NCBI GenBank assembly: GCA_036785375.1
Contig: JAWMAR010000421.1
Coordinates: 1,550,001 to 1,614,000 of the forward strand
Direction: 5' to 3'
DNA length: 64,000 nt
DNA from: Leucoraja ocellata
Taxonomy: Eukaryota
The position numbers and the translations under genes are program-made. Under the pieces are notes generated by a model. The model searched no databases and had not been told where the DNA came from. It saw nothing but the letters and a program-made list of their open reading frames with translations. Below are positions 11,936 to 23,900 of this stretch, one piece after another (the first letter of the stretch is position 1; the number at the start of each line of letters is the position of its first letter).

Positions 11936-13859
11936 GCTCCAGTGAAGTGAATTTGATTCTGACCTCAGCTGCCATCTGCATGTCGTTTACAGGTCCCCCC
12001 TGTGATTTAGTGGACTTCCATGAGCATTCTGCTTTCCTCACACCCTAAAGGTGTGCCAGTTGGTGGGTTTATGTGGCCATTGTAACTTATCCCTGGTGTA
12101 GTTGGTAGAAAAATTGGAGGTGGGGGTAGTTAGAATATAGAACAGTACAGCACAGGAACAAGCCCTGTGGTCCATAATGTCTATGCCAAGCATGAAGCCA
12201 AGATAAACTAATCTATTTTGCCTGCACATAATATATATCCCTCCATTCTTTGCATATCCATGTGCCTATCCTAAAAACCTCTTAAATGTCACATCCCAAT
12301 CCCAACATGAATGATGACCAGAGTATGAAATGATTAACGTATCATTAAAACAGCCACCTTCCTTGTGCCAGATACAATTTCAGGCATTGGGGACTTTCCC
12401 CTCAATGCACTTTAAGCATCTGTCAAGAAGGCTCCTTGTGGCAGCAACTAGTCAAACACTGCATTAAACATCACTCTCCATATCCATGCCATTGAATTCA
12501 TACAAGGACGAATCTCAGAGTAAGAACATATGTCAAAAACAGAAGATGTTCCGAATAATGACTGAAACAGTGGAAGAGAGCCTGCTCATCTCCTTTCATT
12601 TGTTCCATTGTTCAACAAGCTCATGCCTAATCTATACTTTGCTTAGGTTTACCTTTTGTAATTTCAGAATCATTCAGAATCAAATGTAATCAATCTTGCT
12701 ATTGAAACTTTCCACTGACATTTCCCACTCTGTGCCGGAAGAATTCCTTGGGGAGGCGTTTCCTTTTCAGGATTCCAGACCTCTCCGTGTGAAGCCTTGC
12801 TTTTTCGGAATGGCCCCTCCACCCCCACCCAACTCTGGTTTCCCCAGGCCCAATCAAATCCATTAATTGCCTTGAACACCCCCAGTCAGATTCCCCCTTA
12901 TATAATCTTTACAAATCAAAAATAAGGTGCATGGTTCCTTCTCTCTGTTAGTCCTTCAGTTTGTCAGACATATTTATTAATTTTTTGATGAATCAGAGTA
13001 ACCTTCTACTCGTCACTATTTTCCCCCATCTTTACGGTCTTCCTCTGCCCACCTATTCCACGGCTGATTTATTACCAAGGCACTGCGATGACTTGTGCAG
13101 CCTGCAGTCAGTAATTCAGAGACTCTCTAATCTCCACAATCGGCTGCAGCAAATGTCAATTTGCTTTAACTGGACTTTAATTAATGAAGTAGTGTTTAAT
13201 TTCAGATGTTAAATTGGACATAATAAAAAAGGGAATTAGAGACTGGGGAAAGGCGGTGATTATTCCCTGTGAAGGGAGATGAATTCTAAATTGGTGGCTT
13301 AAAAAGCTCAAACTTGTTGTATAACCCTGAGCTCATGTAATAGTGATCAGCCCACACCTGGGCAAAGCTGCATTACTTGACTAGCAGTCAAGAGCATTGG
13401 GGCTGAACCTGGTTGCAGTCCCACAAAGACAGAGCAGGAATTTAAATAGTTAGTTAAATACAGTTTAAATTAAAAATTAAAAATCCTAATATTGGTAAAA
13501 AATGACCACAAAACCTCGTGGTTATTAAAGCTCATTTGGTTCACCAGTGTACTTTGCCATTCTAGTTCAGTCCAACCACAGGTTCCAGACCCTCAACAAT
13601 GTAGTTTGCCCTGTTTACTGTGCATTGCAGTGGCCCAGCAACTCAGTACAGGGGCAATTAGTGATGGGCTGTGCAGGTGCAGAAACCCTTGTTCCTACAT
13701 TGCACCAGTTAGCTGATCTGCCTTCCATTTACTCTGCTGAGTGAAGTTGCATTATATCCACTTAGATGTAAAGCATGAATTTCTGACGGAATGGTGCTGT
13801 ATCATCTGTCCACTGTGCTACTATTTATATAGAACAAGGCAATCACTGCAGTGTATTCT

Positions 13860-14400
13860 TACCCACTCTCTATCCATCTCCATTCCCTTCTCTATTCCCC
13901 TAGTCCCATCTCACTCTCTGTATATCCTGTTCCTCACACTACCCTCCCATCATTAGCTTATCTCTCACTTACTTGCTCCCATTCTCTCTCCCATTTCCTT
14001 CTCTCCTTTCTTCCTATTTCTCTCTCCCCTTTCTCCTCAATCTTCCCGTGCTCCCAATTCTCCCCATCTCGTCCCTTCTCTAAATATCCCCTTTCTCTTC
14101 TACATTCATCTCTCTGTTGCCCCCTCCCCCCCCCCTCTCTCTCTGTATTCCTTTTCCTCTCCCAATCTATCCCTTTTCTCTTCCCACCCCTCCATCTCCC
14201 AATCCTACCCCCATCCCATTTCCACTTGCCCTCTCTCGCTCTAACCCTCGCTCTATGTGTCCAACACTTCTCCCTAATAACCAATGTCTTGCCCCCTCTC
14301 TCAGTACCCTCGCTTCTTGCATTGCTTGTCTCTTCCCACCCTCACCGCCTCTGTGTGTGTCCCTGTTCTCCCCCACTCACTGTCTCTCTCCCCCCGCCCC
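13860..14400. repeat. CT-rich polypyrimidine tract abutting the promoter
   Basis: About 540 bp of strong pyrimidine strand bias. Confidence 0.85.
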
Positions 14401-14415
14401 GTCCATGGTGCTGAA
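14395..14415 (-). promoter_or_regulatory. RE1/NRSE (REST-binding) site candidate
   Basis: Minus strand TTCAGCACCATGGACGGGGCG versus consensus TTCAGCACCACGGACAGCGCC (17/21; both half-site cores present with the 2-nt spacer). Confidence 0.7.
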
Positions 14416-14654
14416 GTTGTCCCGCAGCGGCGCCACGTGACGCGGTGCCGCCGGTCCCGGGCTGCGAGCAGTCGGAGTTGTGAGCCTGCGAGTCCCCGTT
14501 CAAAGCAGGGGCAGGGGCAGGGGCAGGGAGCGGGCTGCGCAGAGGAAATGATGTCGAGGCACATCTCTGGCGAGAATCTGATCTAATTACAGTTCGGTGG
14601 CTCGGCGAATTGCTCGGGCGGCAATGTGAGGCTTGTACCGGCGGCTGCGGCAAG

Positions 14655-14930
14655 ATGCAGAAGGCAATCCGCCTGAATGACGGGCACCTCTCCTACCTGG
14701 GGCTGCTGGCCAAGAAGGACGGGAGCAGGAAGGGCTACCTGAGCAAGCGGAGCTCGGACAACACCAAATGGCACAACAAGTGGTTCGCCCTGCTCCAGAA
14801 TATGCTGTTTTATTTTGAGAATGATTCCGCCTCGAAAGCCTCGGGTCTCTACTTGCTGGAGGGGTGTGTGTGCGAGCGAGCACCATCTCCCAAACCATCG
14901 CTGTCCGCCAAGGAATCCTTGGAGAAACAG
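14655..14930 (+). CDS. RASGRF1: RASGRF1 exon 1 CDS (PH1 N-terminal part, MQKAIRL...SLEKQ)
   Basis: 276 nt, ATG in caagATGc context, donor CAG|gtagga. Confidence 0.97.
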
Positions 14931-17900
14931 GTAGGAGGCAAGCAGTCTGACTGTCAAAGCCCAACGCGCAATGTCCCCTGTTCAATACCCCATGGCCAAT
15001 GGCCAATACCCAGTGTACAGGGTTTGAAGTCCAGGACCAACTCCTCATTATCCAGCATTCAATATCGAGTACCCACTGGCCACTGTATAACATCCAGTGC
15101 CCGTTCATCACTATCCAATATCCATTGCCCACTAAGTAACATGCAGTGCCCAGTCCCCGCCATCCAATATCCAGTGCCCGGTAACATCCAGTGGCCAGAT
15201 CCCACCGTCCAATATCCAGTACCCACTGAGTAATATGTAGCGCCCGCTCCCAGTGATCAACAGTCCACGCTCTCACTCCCCATATCCAGTGGCTACACTC
15301 CAGTGTTCAATACCCACTGCCCGTGTCCAGCTCGCGGTACCCAGTGCTCAGCCACGGCTCACCTGGATCCCCACATGCTCCAAGCGAGCGTTGCATTGCA
15401 TTGCCTAAAAGGCGCCAGTCTTCACACGAGGGCGGGCTGTTTCAGTTCTCGCAATCCCAGTCTGTGTAAAATCCCTCAACTGGATGACTGGGTTGTTTAT
15501 TTTCCTAATAATCTGAGTGCAATTACCGCAGAGACAATGCAACACACGCACTAGAGGGAAAGGTTGGAAATGTAACAATTTAAATGAGTTTAAATCTATA
15601 ACAGAAATGGGATTTCATATCGCTAACAGCAAGCAACAACCAAAACAGTTTTAATATTATCGTGAAATCAACTTTTATTTTTGCACAAATGACTGCATAT
15701 TTCTAATGTTTTGCCGGGACCTGTAATTTCTAAATAATTAATCGGTAGTTGGCTTTGGCGAGTCTATTTTTACCGGTTAATCAGTCACCACACGTTTGCT
15801 AATGAAGGAAAACGGAGAGCGAGAGGGAGCGCGCCCGGCATCCGCGAATTTTAATTAATCTTTGAAGTGAAGCCTCTTCCTGCTGAGAATCCAATATTAA
15901 GAAGGAGCAAATCAATAAATTATGCAACAGGCCAGATGCGAGGTTTATCAAACTAGACAAAGTTAATTAACTGTTTCTAGGGCAGAGTGGGTGGAGGTGA
16001 GCGGCAGATGAGAGCGTGGTCGGGGTGGGTTTTGTTACCATGTCAGAGGGGGCAAAATCGCGGGCCTCTCCAGCGCCTCCTCGTGTACCGAGAGGGGACT
16101 GCGGCCACTGCAACCCCTCGCTCCAGCGAACACGGTGATGACTCTCATATTTTCCTTCAATATCCAATTACAGTTTTTTATTACTGATGTCAAAACACTT
16201 AAATCAACAGCGGCTGTGTTTTACTGTAGAGGATGAAATCGTGCATTTGCAGGGGGTGACGGGCGGACATTTCCCCATGGAATAGACTTTCACTGTGGGA
16301 ATGTTCTTGATCGATTGTTAAATAAACATCGATACAACCAAACGACTGTCCCCTCTGTCTGTCACTGGTTAAATATCACTGAGCCTCTGCGCTGTGTAAC
16401 CAAGTGTGCAAAAGTATCCCCAAATTAAACATCTCCCGTTGTCCGCAGTCTCACTGTTTATATGTTGTCTTTATTTCAGGCTCCAATATTTATGTCAATG
16501 TCTGACACATTAATGTTCCGCAGTGTCAAGTGAAACACCAAACTGCAGCCAGCTGCCGCTCCGGGATTACCGTTCATTTTTAGAGAAGTCGAAACAAAAT
16601 TAAAATATCCACTGGATTCGCCGCATATAGATTGTACATAAATCAAATCGGGCGCGGATTAATCTGAATGTGACTGATTGTCGGAATCTGGCGGCTGCGG
16701 TGGGAAGTGAAGCGGAGGGTGATTGCAGATCATGGCAGGGGGGGGCAGGACCGAGCCGCAGACGCCTCTGTCAGGGTGGTGAACACAACAAGGCGACGCG
16801 GCCACTGGGGTATATCTTCCTTCTTCAAAGGCTCCAATAGACAGTCACTTATACACACAAACACTGACAGACACATGCGCTCACTTACACTGAAACACAC
16901 ACACACATATGGAGGCAGAGACACAAGCACGTATAGATAAACACATATATAGACATATTGAAGGACACACACACAATATGAGTGATTCAAGTTCTAATTT
17001 CAAATTGAAAGAAACCAACAAACACAAACACGGGATTAGTTCGGACTTTAGTCCACGGGGACCTGGGATCGGTCAGTCAAGTGAAGCAAGGCTGTTCTAT
17101 GGCAGTGAGGACCCAGTCTGTCCCGCTGAGATCAATGTTACTCACAATACCATCTGTGCAAAGGGAGCTTCGCCCTGCCTGGTCCATGTGGATGGGAGAA
17201 ATCTCCCTGGTGAGGGCAAAGTGGTAAGCTCCTTGACTGCCACTAGAGAATGACAAGGTGCCAGATGTGGCAGGATGGAAGGGGAAGGCAGCTGGAGGTG
17301 GGATGGGGCTGATGGGTGCGGCTCAGGGCTGTGATGGAGGCAGTATCAAGAGAAATCTTCAGGCATCCATGAGATGTTGTGAATGTTTACTATGCTTTTG
17401 TTGCCAGTGCACTCCCCTATGCAAGTCTGGTCTGCATCGTAAATGCACATTAACCAGGCAGCTCGGTTCCTATTTCATGGACATTTATTATTGCTCTGAT
17501 TTCTTCCTGCCATTGAGGGAGATTTCACAGGAGATTATGTGAAATAACCTGTGACTGCAGTGCCTTTGTTGATAGTACACTAGCACAAAGCAGCAGTGAC
17601 AGTGGGCTTATTGCATGATTATCAGGGACCCTGTGTCCCTGTTTTCTCCTAGTTCTTCATAAGCTTTCAGCCTCAGCCTTAGTCTGGTATGCATTGGAGG
17701 CTATGCCATGGGACTTGTTAGTTGTGGCTGCAGATGGTGTTCCCTTCAGTCCCGACTCTCTGCCAAGTTGTTCGCAGTTCATTCTGCTGCCCACTGAACA
17801 CAAGCCCTGAATCGTGGGCTTCTTCCACTTGTGCCATTTTGCCCCTAAGACCAGGGTTGCAACATGGATTCCAAAAGGGCTGGATAGTATTGCCAACCTT

Positions 17901-20900
17901 CAGAATACCCAGCAGCTTTAAGAGGAGTGAGATTTTCATTTCTGTTTGAATACTTTTGATAATTAATTACAAACAATGGGACTTGGGGGTGAAGGGCTGT
18001 TTGACTCAAGGCAAGGCTTCAACCAATCACTTAATATTGGGCCGTTACTTTATAATTGGCTGTGGAAAAGCAAGACCACATAAGCATGGGTGTTAGCTGA
18101 CAAAGGGGGAAAAGTTAGGAGGTGATGGGGAAGGATAAATGCAGGATATCGTTCAACTAGAGTCATGTGGAGCAAGCCACCTGACCAACCTTCATGGATA
18201 GAGAAAGTGGGTGAGTCAGGTTCCCGAAGGATCAGAGCCCCTGTCTTTGCGCACATCTAACTCTTGTTTGAGACAGTGGACTGCATATGTGCACACAGAG
18301 CCTTGCACAATCAACTGCCAATGTTACACCATTGGTCTCTGGTAGCAACATATACAGGGGAGTCGCTCTGCAATCCACTTCAATTAAGTTTATTACTGGG
18401 TATATTGGGAACTTGTGTGCAGAATGTACACTTACCTACATGCAACTGAAATGAAATTTTGAAAGCACTTTATTGGTTGTGATGTGTTGGGAGTTCCGAC
18501 AGAGAACACTTTTATGACCACACCCCTCCCTACACAACCCCCTACATCTCTACAGTGCTCTTCCAATTCTGGACTTTTCTTCCCCCAATTTAATGGTTGC
18601 ACCCACCTCTCCTTAAAACTCCCCTCTCTGACCAGGCCTCTACTCCGTTGCTTTTATATCTTCTTCTTAACTGCATCTGCACCAATGTTCGTGTTCTCTT
18701 GACAATCATTTCTGTGAAATGCTTTGGTCCTTGCAAAATAAATGCAAGTTGTCGTTGTTGACAGTGCCTGTCATTGGATGTGACATTTTATCTCAGCCCT
18801 GCCCATTCTTATTAGTTCCTAAATTGGCACCTTGCATCCTGTGAACGCTGTGTTGTGGCTTCAATATCAAAATGACTTAAAGAGCTTTTGAAAAGGCAGA
18901 GAATAAGGAAGTGGTTATCCCGATATATTGGTATTGGTTTATTATTGCCATGTATACAGTGAAAATCTTTATTTTGTGTAGTATCCAGGCAAGCCATACC
19001 ATACATGAGTACACTGGGTCCTGCAAATGAGAAAATAAACACATGCAGAATATAGTGTCACAGCCACAGCGAATGTGCAGATAACACAGGAAGATCAGGA
19101 ATTCATCCTCTTCATACAAACGGCCCGTTCACAAGTCTGATAACAGCAAAGAAGAAGCTGTTCTTGAATCTACTGGCCTGGCTTATAGATTGCTAAATAT
19201 TTATCTTCCATATCGGGATACCTGAGCACAGTTATACAGGGAGCTATCTGTGTGAACAGATCATGGAGCCACAGTGACTGTTAGGGGTAGCAGTCCTGAA
19301 CACCTCTGCACAGAGATGTTTAGATTCTGGTCAATTCTTCATCCCTGCCTCAGAAACCATTCGAGATTTTCCTTTTCACCAAAACTAATCGTATGTCAAA
19401 ATATTATTGCAAAGTAAGGATTGTACATATTCACTTATAAATTTAAACTGTATTTCAGCTGTGTTCTCCTGTCTAGTCAGCCTCTTCACCTGGAGACAAT
19501 GATTGAAAGAATAAAACAGAAGGATTTACATCTACATACAATCACCACTCCAGCACTGTAAGAGGTGCTGTCTTTCAGATGATTAACTGGAGGCCTTATC
19601 TGTCTTCTCAAGTATTTTGAAGACCAAAAGGAAGATTGCCAGGTGCCTGGCAATATTCTTTGTTGGCTACAGTGAAACAGATTATTGAGTCATTTATCAG
19701 TGTCATTTGTCGGAGCTTGTTGTGTGTATATTTGCTTCTGCATTTCCAACATTATAAAGCTTCAAAGATACATCATCGTGAAGCACTTTACATCATCTTG
19801 CGATAAAGGTGCCATAAATATGTAAAACAATGTTTTGTTTCTTGTTGTGTTGTTAGTTATTGAAATATATTCAATGATTTTTGTTTTACTTATGGGAGTA
19901 AAGTCATTTTCAATATTAGCAGCTAAATGCTTCGAACAGACAGTGTTGTCTCTCTGAAATTATCACATCTGACTAGTTTGTTTTTCTTGTTCTGAGTGAA
20001 TCTCGTTGTCAGCAGCATTCGACAAGATGACAACATTCATACAGTGTTGAGTGCACCAAGGCTTGTACATCTATAATCACTGCATAATGTTCAAGATCTG
20101 ATTACTCCAGTCATTTACTATTATTATCATAAATTATGTTTTCTCTTTTTGTAAATAAGTGTGGAGAATCTCTATTGTCAGTGTATAATTCATCACCTGT
20201 TAAGCTGAACAAGATCAGGAATATACAAGCATCGATTCCCTAGCTGTGCTGAGTTCACTGACTTCCCTTTAAAACTCGTTCTTGTGGAGCAGTGGTTGCT
20301 GCCATTTATTGCCCACTTTTAGTTACCCTTGAGCTGGTGGGAATGAGCTTCCCTGGGCCACTGCACTATGCCAACTTTGCTTTGTACAGACTGAGAGGTT
20401 CATTAGGCAGCTATGGAGGGTTTTTGAGGCGTGTGGTATGGGAATTCCATGGTCTAGCAATGATGTCCCTCCATTGGGCAACTCTCCTGGCTTCAGAGGG
20501 TGACTTGGAAGTAATTAGAATTCTGGAGTATTGATCAAAAGACATTAGTTCAAATTCTATTGCACAGATTGGGTGAATTACCCATTAGAACAATGGTGTG
20601 GCCATTTCAGAAGACAGTTACATGTCACGTGATAGATTGGTAGGTCCATAGTCTAAAATGTAGATTTCCTTCCTTGAACCAGACAGGGTTTACAACAATT
20701 CCATTGCTCCATGGTTATTGATATTGATAATACAGCAGGAGAAACAACATTGCAGTAATTAAATAAATCTAAAATGAATAAACTCTTATCATTAAAGGTA
20801 ACCATGAAGCTATGGAATTGTTGTAACCCTGCCTGGTTCAAGGAAAGAAATCTACATTTTGGGCTATAGATCTACCGATCTATCACCCAACATCTAACTG

Positions 20901-23900
20901 GATGTAATTAAAATGCCCACGCCAATATTCTAATGGGCAATTGACTTGATCTGTGCATTTTCATGCTGGTTTGATATCCAAGATCAACACGATTTTGGGA
21001 TCATTTCTCCATTACAAGCTGAGACAAATCCTAGGGCTTTGGACATCCCAGCAGTTGTTGCTAACCAAGCACATGGTTAAAAAAACATCATCAAGAGAGT
21101 TTGCACTGGCACTGCAGAATATGTGATTGCCAGAGGCACTCGGTAGCATGTATGAGGGCAAGAGTGGATGAGTGGGGCTAATTGCAGTGAACTAGCATTG
21201 ACACATGGATGGATGGAATTTTGTTTATGTGTTTTACTCCTCTTACCTTCCCTATTCAAGATCAGAAACTGAGAAATCATGAACTAATCTTTGAAATTCT
21301 GCCCCCACAGCCACTTGAATGTTGTAACTACTGTGCTGGCAGATCAATATTAACCAGGGCTCCGTGGCAAGAATGTTAATCTGACTAGTTTATTTTAATT
21401 ACATCCAGTGCAGTGAAATTCGTGTCATTGCAGTTGTATGGTGAAACACGTACAGGATCTCTGTGCAGCAATAGTTTAATTGAATCTAAAATTGCCTTAT
21501 TCTATTATTCTGCAGCAACTCGGTCAGATTGCTGCAACATCACTTTCTCCCCTGTAGCTGCTGCTGCAAATGGAGGACCACAGTGATGGAAACTCCATCA
21601 GCTCCCAGGTTCCCCAACAAAACTCAGGCGCGTCTCACCGTGGAGTTACATCAGCCATTCCTTCCTCGGTGCTGGGATGGTATCATGGAATATCTTATCC
21701 GTGTCTAAGAGATTCCCTGGAGACACTTGGTGAAGCTCCCACATACAAAGCGCACCAGGTGTAGTGTGGAGGTTCAACTCCGGCAGGAGAGGGCAGCCTT
21801 GTCAGCAACACCCACCCTCGAGAATGAGTTTTAAAGTGAAGTCAATTAACTCGGCACAGTTTGGGAATCAATGCTTGCTCACTCCTGGTACCTGATCTTG
21901 GATAGCCAAAAAGGTGGTGAATTAGTCACTGACTAGTAATGTGCCTTTCAACAGTTATATATAATCAGTATTCTAGGCTTCTGGACACTACTGCATTTAT
22001 CGTAATCAAAAAATGTAAGGCATTTTAAACCAAAGTCCGGCACCTAGTCAGGCAAGTAAATATTAAGACTGGTGACTGAAAATTTGGTCAGTGGACCCTT
22101 GAGAAGGAAGCAATGAGGGAATTAAGAGCCAATGGCCTTGGCTACCAATAGTTGGGGCAGTTAAAATCCAGGATGATCTAGAGGCAATAATTGTAGTAGT
22201 ACAAAAATCCCAGAAGGTTGTTGGACTGGAAAAAATCGCAGTGGTAGGGAGAAGCCAGAGAGGAATTCAAAATTGATAAGAATGTTAAAATTGAGATGTT
22301 GTCAGATCATGCTGCCTGCATTAAGTTACCTCTCTCCAACGCCATCTTTACTATGACTTGATTTTCTAATTTGGTCTTGCATTAACGTCTTGTTTTCTTG
22401 CACCATATGTATAATTCATGCTTTTGTTTGTGTGATGCGGGTGCAAGCAAGATTTTCATTTGACCTCACCTTATTTGTGCATATGACAATGAACAACACT
22501 CAACTTGCCTTGATCGGAAGCTAGAGGAAGCCAGTGAATGAAGTGTGAATAGGGCAGTGTGCAAGGGATGTGCAGCTGAGCTCAGACTGGTGGAGGTGGG
22601 AGGAAGTCAGCAGTTATGGGGCCAGAAGATTATGCTGACATGGGTGTGAGTACCCACAGTGAAAGGGCTAAGCCATGGGAAGACAAGAGCTGGCAAATTA
22701 AATGGTAGAATATACAGATTCTCCTGCACTTTGAAGGAAGATCATTGTCCTTCATTCTCAGCAGATGTCAGGCTTCCAACATATCACAGAGAATCGCAGC
22801 AATTGAACAACCAAGAAAGAGACCAGTCAACTGTCAGTGGTTTGGAAAGGACTGTTAGTTCCGTGTTCTGCAAACTTCCCCCCTTGTTATTTATCCAATT
22901 TCTTTTGGAAATGCCCTGTTAAATCTGCTTCTATCATCCTTTAAGGCGTAGCATTCCAGTTCACAAGAATGTGCGCATAAAACAAATTCTGCTCATCATC
23001 TCCCTGGTATTTTTGCCATTCTGTCCTGACTACGGACCCACACCATGGGCTTGACTTTTAATCACCATCTGAAATCACCCAGCAAGCCACTCGGGTGCAT
23101 TGTAATCACCACACTGAAGCAGAGAAAGAATAAAACCAGACCAACATTGGTCAACATTGAATCAGGCACTGAGTTTGGACACAGCCAAGTTGACTTTACA
23201 AACATCTGGGGACTAGCATGTAAATTGGGGGAGTTGCTTCACAGTCTAGTTAAGCAACAGTCTGACTTGGTTGTACTGAAGGAATCATCTTTATGTAAAA
23301 TGGTGTTGTCAACTAAACTGTTAAGTGTTACCTGCTCACTGAAACTCTTGGGTCCAGACGTCATCACAGCCTTGGTCCAAATGCAGACCAAAGAGCTGAG
23401 TTCCAGAGATGGTGGATGAGTGACAACTTTAGATATCGAGGCAGCAATTAATTGAGTGTGGCTCTCTGACCCCTGATAAAATCGGTTAATGAACAACAAG
23501 GGGAAAGTACTTCAATTCTTGGAGTCATTTCTTGCACAAAAAGGTTAGCTGTGGTGTCCGATATCAATCATCCTATCCCCAGGAGATCTCCGCCATTTAC
23601 AACCTTCCTTCCCTCGTAAGATCACAAGTAGAGATTCTGCTGATGATTGCACCATGGTCAATGCTCAGTAAATGAACCTGTCCCTATCTCTATTCCTGCA
23701 ACATCATCCAGACACAGGCTGACAAGTGATAAGTAAGATTCACACCACATGGGTGCTGGCCAATGACTTGTTTCAACAAGGGAGTGTCTAATTACATACT
23801 TTTGATATTTAAAAGCATTACCATTTCTAAGCCCTGCAACATCCTGAGGTCACCACTGTCCAGATACCCAACCAGATCAGCCATCTACAAACACTAATTA

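Larger units (their letters stand above)
14390..14960 (+). promoter_or_regulatory. CpG-island-like promoter / 5' UTR / exon 1 of RASGRF1
   Basis: Abrupt rise in GC and CpG content against a CpG-poor background; GC box at 14391-14400, E-box CACGTG at 14434-14439. The TSS cannot be placed from sequence alone. Confidence 0.8.

Noticed and set aside
1-14400. Equivalent of the mouse Rasgrf1 imprinting control region (tandem repeat / piRNA-targeted DMR)
   Set aside because: That system is rodent-specific and lies farther upstream; no comparable repeat array is visible here.
13851-14414. 187-aa ORF and overlapping ORFs in the CT tract
   Set aside because: Low-complexity L/S/P translation of a pyrimidine tract, which is naturally poor in stop codons.
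14587-15276. 229-aa minus-strand ORF overlapping exon 1
   Set aside because: W/G-rich product of the antisense minisatellite plus antisense exon 1; no recognisable domain.
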